DNA of 64,000 bases. It comes from Octopus bimaculoides (taxonomy: Eukaryota). Under the pieces are notes generated by a model, which had not been told where the DNA came from, did no database searches, and was given only the letters and a program-made list of their open reading frames with translations. Positions 41,011-52,769 of the stretch are shown one piece after another (within the stretch, counting starts at the first letter, position 1; every line of letters begins with the position of its first letter). The DNA lies in contig NC_068986.1 of NCBI RefSeq assembly GCF_001194135.2, forward strand, positions 70,925,833-70,989,832. Direction: 5' to 3'. A program made the translations under genes and the position numbers.

Positions 41011-43959
41011 CAGTTGCAGACACGAATTCTTTCTGCGAACGAAGTATCTTGTGTAAGAAATGAAACAAACACTCAAATAATTTGTTTAATTTCTTATTTG
41101 AACGGGCGAAACAAATTAATTTTTGTAAACAAATTTTCGTAATACAACTTTGCGGGAATATCTGAAGAAGTGCTTCTTTTAATGCTTTTACTCCGGCGAT
41201 GAAAATTTCTGTTTCATAGGTTTGAATCTGATCCTTGACTTGAGACTTGGATAAAAGTATTTTGTACGTGTTTCAGTATTGTTCCCACTAAAATCAAGTT
41301 CTGTTCTGTGGCTAAGAAAAAATTTTCCGTTTTTAACAAAGGTTAAGATCAAAGACAAATAACACGGAAGTACATAAGTGGATACCAAAAACGATCTGTT
41401 GAAATTTCTGAATATCAAAAGCTATTGAACTGTTTTACAATGCAAAGTTTGTCAACATATACAAACGCAACATAGCCAAGCACCAGTGAAGCCAGTGATA
41501 ACGTAAAAACAGTAGAAGCTCTTTGTAACCATTTTCATACCACTGTTGACATTTTTGATCGAGACAATGATAACTTAAATATGTTTTGCCTAAAGATTGG
41601 CCCAGAATATGTCTAATTTAATAGCACCACCTGAAAGGATCTGGTAAATAACTTTAAAAGTCAAGTTTTGAGGTATCTTGGCCCATTCAAGTCGGAAGTT
41701 ATTGTTGACTGAGATGTATTCCGTTATAAGTACCTTATCTGCTATCCCTTGAAGAAACTTGTCCAGGTATCGTTTGAAGGTGATGGCTCTTTTTCTTCTT
41801 TGATTTATTTTGGGATAATGTTAAATAGAACAAGGCCTGTTAGAACAGGAAAAGAAATTGTGTTGCAGTGAACTTATGCACTGTGAGCCTGAATTGTGTA
41901 GGGGCGTACATGGACCCAGCCTTAGATGAATTCTGAATTTGTTATTAGGTGGTATATTCTCCACCTTGTGCAAATGATATAGCGTTCACATCGGTGTAGG
42001 ACAGAATAAATTATCAAGGCTTTAACTCGGTCCCAATAATCAAGATCAGTCATGCCTGTTATAATTCTTTTTTAGTGATTGCTGTCTGAGGTTACTCAGA
42101 TCTCGTAATGTTTTGTTTGATGTGGAGAGAACATTCTAGGTGTGGCCATACAAAGGAGAAAAGAGGAATGATGACAGCTTGTTCTCTGGACCGGAAAGTT
42201 TTAAGGATCTAGAAACTTATCCTGCAAACCGTATCGACTTTATTGTTGGTGTGAGCAGCACTGCCGAAGTTGTCAACAATTACTCCCAAGCCCCTGACAT
42301 TATTGGATGTTGTGAGTAGTTCCCCTGAAAAGAAGAAAATGAGGTTGTTTGAGTGCATTCTTTTTCCAAAGTGCATAAGTTCAAATTTTATCTCGTTTAG
42401 CCGCATGTTGTCTTACCACAGAGCAGTTAACCACAGATTCCGATATTGGATAATTTTAACTGGAAGATATTGTGGAGGACTCTGTCGAAAGTTTTACTGA
42501 ACTCACAGGGTAATCTAAAGTTTTGTATGGTCTTCACATATTGAAGCAGTTAGAATAATTAATAACGGATACGAGGGTATTTTACAAACTCTTACATATG
42601 TTGTTGAAGACCTAGAGAATCCCCAAAGTAAACAAGATGCAAAGAATTTATATCACAGATAGATAAATCTGGTATTTGCTATTTTAATGGTCGTTTAGTA
42701 TGTTGGAGTATTTCAGCAAAACAAGAAACTCTAAACTCCGTGTTTTGATGTTTTTGAAGAACGTTATCTTCTGATGTCATTTTATATTTTGTTTGCTGAA
42801 GAACTTCAATAAAATTTGAGATAAGACAATGACTCAGAAGTAAACGCTTTATCATTATGTTGCTTCCAAATGTATTTTGGCAAATTTTCAAATGGAACAA
42901 GTCGTAGCGATTCTTTGAGAAGAACCGATAGCAGAGGTGAAATTTTAAACCAATTTCAAATCTGCTTGGTTATCTAATTAGTTAAGAGAACTGGCCCATA
43001 TGAATGTTTTTGAAATTGATTAGGAATTATAATATCATATTACAAAGAGGATATTGACCTCAAATTAGTCAATGAATATTTATCAGTTCAGAGAATATTT
43101 GCACTTTAGAAAATCCCAGAACACGGAAGAAAACACGTCATCCACGATACAATGCGCAGAAATTCTTTAATTATTTGTGAGTAACACCTACTTGAAGTTT
43201 TTCCCAACATTACTAGGCCACTTAAGCTGTACTTAACGCCTCTCACGAATTATAGAGCAGAGAGGAATTTCATAAAGCTGTCCTTTGTAAAGAATAAATT
43301 TCGGTCTACTATGACTGAAAAGAACTTAAACTCTTTATCCATATTGTCCCTAGAAAATAACATTTCAGGGAAAATTTCATATGACATTTGCGTAAATATA
43401 TTGCTAGAAGAAAAGAGAAAAAAGAATATTTTGTAAAATCGTGTTCATATAATATATATTCTAATAGGTATTTAAAATGGAAGATTATATTAACACTGGT
43501 CCTTACTATGTTTATTTCACCAGTCTGCAATGTATGAAGCATGTATTTAAAAGACCCTTAATTTTCGTCCTCTCAACTACTAAAATGCTATAAAGTATAG
43601 GTCATTTTTATTTGCATTAGTGATTTAGATATGTGAGATAACTGCAGTACAATTTAAATCAAAATCTGAGATGCTCTGGTTAATTTAAAAAAATTGGGTA
43701 TTTTATGTCATGGAACAAACACATTGAATATGGTAACTGCTTATTCAGAGCTCGTTAATAGAAGGAAGGGTCTCACTTCACGATCCCATTTTCAAAGACT
43801 TCATCCAATCATTGTTTTCCACTCTTTGAGCTTGAAGATCCTTACATGGGCAACAAAGCCTTTCAGACTTTGTTGGATGTTGCCAAATTGTCATTGATTT
43901 CTAAGGAGGCCCCATATTAGTTCATGCTTCAGGGCCTCAAGACTGTAAGTCTGCCACTG
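41011..43959 (+). mobile_element. Decayed hAT transposon (ZMYM1-like-type transposase) with nested insertion
   Basis: WSSHIEAVRII...QSKQDAKNL (about 42530-42660) and hAT dimerisation motif EVFPNITRPLKLYLT...AERNFIKLSFVKNKFRSTMTEKNLNSLSILSLE (about 43190-43355). Candidate TIRs CAGTTGCAGAC / GTCTGCCACTG; no matching 8-bp TSD. Confidence 0.75.
41880..42410 (-). mobile_element. CR1/L2-clade LINE RT C-terminal fragment nested in the hAT element
   Basis: MRLNEIKFELMHFG...VRGLGVIVD...ILKTFRSRE...PHLE...LDYWDRVKAL. Confidence 0.75.
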
Positions 43960-45209
43960 AACATTAAGCGATTAAGTGAAGAATTCCTGAACAGGAATAC
44001 TGAAAGTATAGCTCGTCCTTACGAAACAGGTTCTACTGAACTAGAGAAGCAGAAAAAAGTAGCCTCCTCTGAACTCGTGCTAGCTTCTTTACGCCTTTGC
44101 TAAACTGAATCAAGAGTACCTACTAAATACCCGATAAACAAGAGAGTTAAGGATGCCTTTAAACCTCTTCTATCACAGTATTAATATTGGGAAAATATTG
44201 TGATAAAAAATATTGATTGTGCCACAGCAACGAGGGAGATATTCACATCATCATCAGCTGTCCAGAAGTGTCTAGAAAGTACTACCTTCCTATGAATTAT
44301 ATCATTGTTGTTAAAACCATTTAAAATGCTATCTGCACAAAGGATTGTCTTGATGGCTATATCAAAAGCACACCAGAAGGCGAATGTGTTCACACCTTTA
44401 GAAATAAGGAATATTGGGATTGTGGCCTGTCTGCAGCAATCCTATTCAATCAGGGTTTGACCAGCCTCCAATAGCTTCAAATAATTGTTTAAATTGAGCC
44501 TAAGCTCAATTCAAAGATATGGGCTTGAACCCTGGCTTGCAGACGCAGTCAGAACACCTGCTGGGTCCTTTCATGCTGGCCACAGCTTCGTAGTCTCCAT
44601 TGCAGCTGTTCATGTCTTACAGTCCTTACAGTGTGCACAGAGCATTGAGTAACATCAAGATGTCGACATTTTGATACCCGACGCGAAGCATCATGATACA
44701 GGTAACTTCGTTTCGAATATTCAGATGACTTCCAGCCCTCCATATCAGCTAATTTTTTCTCGACTACACCTTTAATTTTTATGCTCTCTAGCGCCGTTGA
44801 CTGTTCACCAGTACATGAAATTGTTCCTGAAAAAAAGAAAATGAGACATTAAAACATCGTCAAGTTTTGCTCGACGTCCTATGTATATATCACTATATAA
44901 CTATGTGTGTGTATGTGTTTGTAATTAGGGAACAACTTCTCTTTCAAACATAATATGTGTGTGTGTGTACGTGTGTGTGTGAGTGTAGTTTTCGAAATAA
45001 AAGCTGTACACACGTACGCACGCACACACACATACACACACAAAATACACGCAGAACACACACACACACATCTTTAATGGTGACTCTTACAGAACTTATG
45101 TTTCATTATTCGTAGAGAAATCATCATAGTTATACACATACGTACATACACATACGTACATATACATAAAAACATATATACATACATACATACATACATA
45201 CATACAGAA

Positions 45210-45623
45210 AATCCCTCTGTTATGGAATACATACATGAACACAAACTCAAGGAATACTAGTGGAATATTCCCATCAAAACTTCTGTCAAATGTAAACCTA
45301 ACAGGCTGGATATTGTTGTTTGGGACAGAGGGGCAAAGGTATGTACCATCATAGAGATCAGCTGCCCTGCAGATATAAATATCTCTTTGAAAATCTATGG
45401 AGAACTTCTTCGAAACCTCCAGCTTCTATATCCAGACTATGAATTCATATTCATACCAATAATATTTGGAGCACTAGGTTTTGTTAGTAAATGCTTAAAA
45501 GAGAATCTGGATAAACTGGGATTTTCGGAAAGAGAAATCGACCGACTAATTTGTACATTACAAGTGCAATCTGTAAGTGGAACAGTAAAAATATGCAAGA
45601 CTTTTCTCAAGTTCCAAACGTGA
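45210..45623 (+). mobile_element. 3' fragment of an RLE-encoding (R2/R4-group) non-LTR retrotransposon
   Basis: WNIPIKTSVKCKPNRLDIVVWDR...CTIIEISCPAD.N (PD-(D/E)xK-like), then IPIIFGALG...KICKTFLKFQT*. Confidence 0.8.
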
Positions 45624-46423
45624 ATTTGTCTGTGTTAACTACATCCCAAGGATGGAACCTTGTATCTTTGTTGGAAACCGGCTCCCTCCTCAGTGGAAGA
45701 TTTATAATAATTAAAAAGTAGAAAAGAGACATACATACATACTCACACACATACCTACACATATATTCTCGTACTCCACGAGGAAAGAGAAAGGAGGGCT
45801 GATACAATTGAGCGATGTAATTACAAGTAACACACACACACAAACGTACACAGAAAAATGCACACATACACGCACAGAATGGTACACACACATACGTAGC
45901 GCAGTGTGAAAAGTTGATAATATTACATCTTGGCAACTTTTCTGTTTCATTTGTTTTTATCTCCATCTAATCCTCTTGCTATTTATTTATCTTTATATGC
46001 CTTTTTAACTAGCGATATCTACCTCTCTGACGTATATGGTTTTGTTTGTCTATTTTTCTGTCATTAATTGCTTATATGCCTCTATTGCTCTCTCTTTTCA
46101 TCACTTTTCACCTATCAACCTTCCATAAGCTCACATATACTTCTGTATTAATTCGTAAAATAAGATGGCTGATCGATCAAAATCAACAACTAGAAGAGCC
46201 ACGATCTAACGTGAGTGAGCCTTTTCTGTGTTCGCTCCAACTGTAACAAACAACAGCCAAACCTTCTACAAGCCACATGTCCGATGATCTTGAAAAAAAA
46301 AAAAAAAAAAAAGAGAGGACATATTGAACAGTGAGACCTTTGTTAAGAGAAAAGACAGGATGGTTACAGTGGGAAGCCTTTTCTCGTAGGACAGCTCGAT
46401 CAGGGCTAAGCGGGTCTAAATTA

Positions 46424-46546
46424 GTCATGGGAAAACTGCGGCCCGTGGGCCTTTCTGGATGGCATGCTTAAAAAAAAATATCTTGAGTATTTTTTTAGTA
46501 ATGCGATCCGTCTGAGGATGAGCCGTATCTCATGCGGCCCGCATCT
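46424..46546 (+). mobile_element. hAT/Charlie-like MITE terminus running into a gap
   Basis: TAGTCATGGGAAAACTGCGGCCCGTGGGCC resembles CAGGGGTGGGCAAACTGCGGCCCGCGGGCC termini. Confidence 0.45.
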
Positions 46547-47012
46547 NNNNNNNNNNNNNNNNNNNNNNNNNNNNNNNNNNNNNNNNNNNNNNNNNNNNNN
46601 NNNNNNNNNNNNNNNNNNNNNNNNNNNNNNNNNNNNNNNNNNNNNNNNNNNNNNNNNNNNNNNNNNNNNNNNNNNNNNNNNNNNNNNNNNNNNNNNNNNN
46701 NNNNNNNNNNNNNNNNNNNNNNNNNNNNNNNNNNNNNNNNNNNNNNNNNNNNNNNNNNNNNNNNNNNNNNNNNNNNNNNNNNNNNNNNNNNNNNNNNNNN
46801 NNNNNNNNNNNNNNNNNNNNNNNNNNNNNNNCCTTTTTCTCTCTGTCTTTCTTCCCCATTTTCTCTATTACATGACTTTGTAAATGAACAATCTGGTGTG
46901 TTTATAGCAATGGCCTGAAAATGTACACAGTGCGTTTCTCTGCGCTTGGTGCCAGGAAGACACTCGGCAAGAAATGGAAACAGGATTGAAAGAAGATGAT
47001 TATGAAATAATA

Positions 47013-47079
<67 letters not shown>

Positions 47080-47735
47080 TAGTCTCTGCTATGCCGCATC
47101 TGTAATAGAATGGACGAAACCATTGCCCATATCGCGAACGAATGCCCTAGACTTGCCCAAAACCACTAAAAGTTGTGGCGACACGATCAGGTAGCGAAAG
47201 TGCTACATTGGAAATTGTGTGAAAAGTGGGGGCTAGAGAGAGGCAAGATGTGGTATGAGTACAAATTGCAGAGAGTGGCGGAGTCGGAGACTTGCAAAAT
47301 CTTCTGGGATTTCCCAATCCAAACAGATCAGGTGCTAGAGAGCATAACAGACAGGACCTAGTGGCAGTCGACAAGGTGCACCACGTGCTATATAGTTGAT
47401 GTTGCGTGCTTCTTGGACTCACGAATAGTCAAGAAGGAAGGCGAATCCACTTAAGTACGAAATAGCCCGGTTATGGAAAATGAAGAAGGTGAAGATAGTG
47501 CCAATTATTGTTGACTCCTTGGGGACAGTACCAGAAGGTATCAAGAGGAATATAAAGGAAATCGGAATGGGGTGCCAAGTAGAAGTATTACAAAAGGTTT
47601 GCATCCTTGGCACGACCAAAATAATCAGGAAAGTATTAGATAGCTGAAAGAACAGATAGCATGGTACCGTAGGCTGCAGGCAGCAAGCCCGCTACGCATG
47701 CAAGACTCCAGGAGTTCCGACAAAAACTTGTGACA
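47080..47735 (+). mobile_element. R4/Dong-like non-LTR retrotransposon 3' fragment, copy 1
   Basis: CCHC knuckle CRICNRMDETIAHIANEC, RHDQVAKVLHWKLC, WDFPIQTD, RLE motifs, IVPIIVDSLG, VLDS* (TGA 47645-47647). Preceded by (TAA)n. Confidence 0.85.
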
Positions 47736-49089
47736 AAAAGAAAAAAAAAATGATTTCAAATTTTGGCACAAGGCCATCAATTTCAGGGGAGGGGAAGTCG
47801 ATTATATCGACTCCAGTGTTCAACTGGTACTTATTTTATCAACCCCAAAAGGATGAACGGTGAAATCGACCATTATTTTACCGGCATCTGTTTTGATATT
47901 AAGATTGAAAAAAAATCGACTTTATTTGTAAAAGAGTTTGTACCTGGGTTTGTAACCCCCAAGCAAATTTTGTTCCTGCTCTTATGTTGTCAGCTTACCA
48001 GAATCAGGTACTGCAACGGCTTATATGTTTTCATTCAGGTGAACAGGGTCATTCCAAGAAGTATGTTGGTTATAGATACAGCATTGATACGATCTAAAGA
48101 TTTTTCGAGGAGTTAGCTGATATCGCATCAACTTCTGTCACTACGTCTATCAAGCGTTGCTCATTCTGTTACTTCAGCTTATAGCAATAATTTCATTATA
48201 ACTATCTTTACATTTATATCACTACAACGATGTAACATATGGTTCAGTACTCACAGTACTGATCTACACACATAGAAAAACATTATTAATATAATCGGTT
48301 ATTAACTCTTCATATAGTGAGATTATTATAATTTATTACAAAAATATTCACAAAAATTCGACCATAATTGCGACTCTAGCATTTAAGATCTAATGATTGC
48401 TAATATTTAGTCTCATAAATTACTAGAACCAACAATAATGAGTAACTTGTCTTTAGGGCAATTCATTTATCTTGCTTGATCAAATTAGGTCTACTACGGT
48501 TGAAAACGATCAAATAACCGAGGCAATCAATGTTGGCTCGTATTTCTTGGCACAGAGTATTGTATACCAATGAGGAAACTGTACATCATAATTTCCTGAT
48601 ATATTTGTAACTATATTGGTTTTACTTCCTTTAAGAACTGGGCATTTACTCCACTTCAGTATTAATGGGTGATAGGAACAAGAAATAACATCCAATCTTT
48701 TCAAGATTGATTTTTAAGCACATACGAATGCTCAGTGTTGTACACCATTAGTGCAACACTTCAAGGACCATGTCAAAACGCGCACTTCATTAGAGTTTAG
48801 CTTTATCCTCATTTTCTGTCTTTTGATACCAGATTTGCTTTTATCAAAACTTGTAACGTTAAATACACTTTTTAAAATTATCTTTTGACAAAGATTCATG
48901 AATATTTCAGTAGCATATACATTATAACTTTGAATCTATATTCATGCAGTTTCGAATAAATCATAACAAAGTAATATGAAGCATGCCTACATACATACAT
49001 ACATACATACACACACACACATGTGGATGTGTGTATTCACCCCATTCAGTCGACGAGCGTAGGCTCGAAACGTAAAAGACTTCCATTTT

Positions 49090-50045
49090 TCCCGAGTAGT
49101 TTTCTTTTTCGTTGTTCGAAAAAAAGTTCGCTTTCTATGTTTTTGTTATTTATGTTCTCATTTCTCATTCTGTTCACGTTTTTTGATGTCCTGTACTCAT
49201 ATATGCATGTATATATACATATATTTGTAGTTATGTACATATATGTATATATATATGCATATATTTATATATTATTTATATTATTATATGATCGAACGCC
49301 ATGCATCCTTTTCCAAGTAAGTTTTATCTTCTTAATTACAATGCGCACTCTTATTCTATCTTTTCTGTCTATCTGCCTCCCTCTCTTGTTCTTCTTCCTT
49401 TCTGTTTTTCTCTCCCACCCTTTCCCTATTCTTCTCCTCTCCCCTTCACCGTTCCCTCTCTCTCTCTAACTCTTCCTCCTTGACTCTCTCGTGACTAACG
49501 GCCATTCTCTCTTTCTTCCACTTCCGTCCTAAAGACAAGACGTGCTTTTATCTGTCTCTTCTCAAAGCTCGTTTTCCAAGCATTCACTACTTCACATCGT
49601 CTTGGTTTAACGGCCCTTACCGTTTGCTTTTACTGTTTTGTTCTCACTGCCCTGTTTTTGTTACCACTTTCACCCCCGGCAAAAAATCCCATATTTTTTA
49701 TTTAATTTGCTTTGTGGGTAGGATTGTTTTAACAAAGTCGCGTCTTGTCGTTACCTTCGAAACGCGGAGTAGATAAAACAGGGGACAACTGATGAAGAGA
49801 ATGTTCTTTATGTTGCATGTTTCGTTTCTCTGTTTTTGTTTCGTTGTTCAACAAAAAGTTCGTATTCGATGTTTTTGTTTTTTATGTTCTCATTTCTCAT
49901 TCTGTCCGTTTTTTGATGTCCTGTACTCATATATGCATGTATATACACGTATATATAAGTATGTACATATATGTATGTATATATGCATATATTTATATAT
50001 ATATATAGGCGTGTACATATATGTATGTACATATGCATATATTTA
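49090..50045 (+). mobile_element. Non-coding, terminally redundant ~730-bp element carrying a hammerhead-like motif (copy 1)
   Basis: About 49090-49265 repeats at about 49830-50045 (anchor GATGTCCTGTACTCATATATGCATG at 49185 and 49915). Homologous throughout to 58480-59335. Confidence 0.8.
49724..49799 (+). ncRNA. Candidate non-circularly permuted hammerhead ribozyme, copy 1
   Basis: CGCGU-C-UUGUC (49739-49749), CUUC-GAA-ACGCG (49755-49766), GACAA-CUGAUGA-AGAG (49784-49799). Stems I and III pair perfectly; first pair of stem II is A-C. Confidence 0.7.
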
Positions 50046-50158
50046 TTGTAGTTCATTGCCATATAATGAGTAAATTTATGGTTCATAAGTTAGTTTCATA
50101 AGTGACATGAACGAAACTTTCGGTTGTTGAATCACTATTGTAACTTTTCGCCGAGTAA

Positions 50159-50232
<74 letters not shown>

Positions 50233-51559
50233 ACACACACACATGCATATATGCATACACAATACATACATGCAAACACATATGCAGCACTATTTTTAGC
50301 TAGAGTCAACTACTAAACGTTAATCTTATAATATTGCACGTCAATACAAATGGAAGCCTATTTTTTTTAGTTGCCTAGATACAAATTTAATATTTACAAA
50401 CTAGGGGAATGAAATTATTGCTTTATAGTCGTTTGTATTCCAAGAAACAGCAATTGCTCATTCGCAACGATTTGGTAAATATTATTAGTGCTTTTCAGCC
50501 GCAATATATCGAACGTCTTTCTATTTATACATCTCATATTGATTTTACGATTATAATATACTCTAAAAGTCTTAACAAAATTACTGAAGATTGAAATAAA
50601 ATAAAAAAGAAAGAAAATTACTTTCCGCGTTCCATTATATTAATAAGGTATGTCTAATGGGGTTGAAACAGCGAAGCATCCATACAATTTTGACAATAAT
50701 AAAATCCGTGGTCTTCTCCTAGTACAAGAGACTAAATTTTTTTAAGATCAATTCTAAATTGAATCTTCTTCAGACACTGAAAATATCATGAATATCGTAT
50801 TGTCGTCGCTGGTACAATACATATATACACACGAGTGAGTGAACAAACGAAAGAAAGTAGCATTCAACACATTTGGTAGGAGTTACGTATAGTTTAATAA
50901 CAGCTTGATTCAGCTTTAGATGATTTTTAACGTTTCATGAGCACGTAATACCAGCTCATCTTATGAGATGCTAGATGCCGAGACTTTACGCCAAGCATCT
51001 AAGCAGATGGACTTGTCCCAGGCGCTTAGGAAGCTTTGAGTCATGTGGAGATGAGTCAAGCCGTTATCAAAAATATAGCCATATACAGGCGCAGCTACGT
51101 TGTAAGAAGCCTGCTTCTCAACCACTTGACTTCGGTACAGTTCCACTGCGTGGTACCTTGGGCAAGTGTTTCTACTATATCCTCGGCCGACCAAAGCTTT
51201 GTGAGTGGATTTGGTAGACGGAAACTGAAAGAAACCCGTCGTATACTTGCATTTATATACATATATATGCCTATGTGTGTCTGTGTGTGACTGTGTGTGA
51301 CTGTGTGTGTGTGTCTTGTATACAAATGCAGTCCAATAATGGCTTCTAAGTCACTGTCAAAATGAAAACTTCTTTTTATTATAACGTAAAAGCAAGCGTT
51401 AATATATATGTACATATGTATATATATGTATATATATATGTATATATATATATACAAAGGGGTTTGAATGATTGTGTATAGAAGAATATAGAATATATTA
51501 CTCAAAGGAATTCCAACTCTGTCTGTTTTTCACGTTTTATCTATAATCTTATAATATTA

Positions 51560-51745
51560 ATATAAGATATAAAATAATAAAGTAAAAAGAAATGAAACGA
51601 AGTATCAATAATGATTCTGATAATAACGAGTCGATTATGAGTTGTCTTTTAATTTATATAATGTTATGTGTTTGTAATACGTGATTCATCCTTGCTTTCT
51701 TTTCCACTATTGGCATGATTTGAAATATATATTGTTGTTCAGAAT
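51560..51745 (-). mobile_element. Short Penelope-like fragment homologous to about 53120-53235
   Basis: QQYIFQIMPIVEKKARMNHVLQTHNII versus NNIFQIMPTVEKDARMNHILQTHNIF in the larger copy. Confidence 0.7.
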
Positions 51746-52535
51746 AATTACAACAACAGAAGTTGCTGGAAAGCATAGGTGAGATTGGCTGAAGAAAGGA
51801 ACACTGAAAAAAAATACTGAGAGCACTAAACTGGTAGCGCAGAACCAAGCTTTGGCCACGAAGTGGAGGGTCAACCCCAGAAATGAGCAAGTGTCTCCGC
51901 TGTGCCGCATCTATAACAGAGTAGATGAAACCATTGCCCGTATCGCGAACGAATGCCCAAGACTTACCCAAAACCACTACAAGTTGTGGTGACACGATCA
52001 GGTAGCGAAAGTGCTACATTGGAAATTGTGTGAAAAGTGGGGGCTAGAGGGAGGCAAGACATGGTGGAGTCGGTGACTAGCAAAATCGTCTGGGATTTCC
52101 CAATCCAAACAGATCAGGTGATAGAGTATAACAGGCCGGACCTAGTGACAGTCGACAAGATGCACCACGTGCTATATAGATGATGTTGCGTGCTTCTTTG
52201 ACTCACGAATAAATAGTCAAGAAGGAAAGCGAAAAAATAGATAAATACAACCCTCTTAAGTACGAAATAGCCCGGTTATGGAAAATGAAGAAGATGAAGA
52301 TAGTGCCAATTGTTGTTGGCTCCTTGGGGACAGTATCAGAAGGCATCAAGAGAAATATAAAGGAAATCGGAATAAAGTGTCGAGTAGAAGTATTACAAAA
52401 GGTTTACCTCCTTGGCACGGCCAGAATAATCAGGAAAATATTAGATAGCTGAAAGAACAGATAGCATGGTACCGTAGGCTGCAGGCAGCAAACCTGCTAT
52501 GCATGCAAGCACCAAGAATTCTAACAAAACCATGA
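51745..52535 (+). mobile_element. R4/Dong-like non-LTR retrotransposon 3' fragment, copy 2
   Basis: WLKKGTLKK...AQNQALAT...SPLCRIYNRVDETIARIANEC...; highly similar to copy 1; TGA 52450-52452; followed by (TAAA)n(TAA)n. Confidence 0.85.
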
Positions 52536-52545
52536 TAAAAATAAA

Positions 52546-52615
<70 letters not shown>

Positions 52616-52769
52616 TAATCATGTGCCTATAATCATATCAAAACAAGATCAACATGGAAAAAACAATTTAGTATTATTTAGAAGAAGCATCGTTTAGCAG
52701 TAATAGTAGCAGCAATGTTAATGGTCGTAATGTTATTCGTACTAATGGTCGTATTAGTGACTGTATTAG

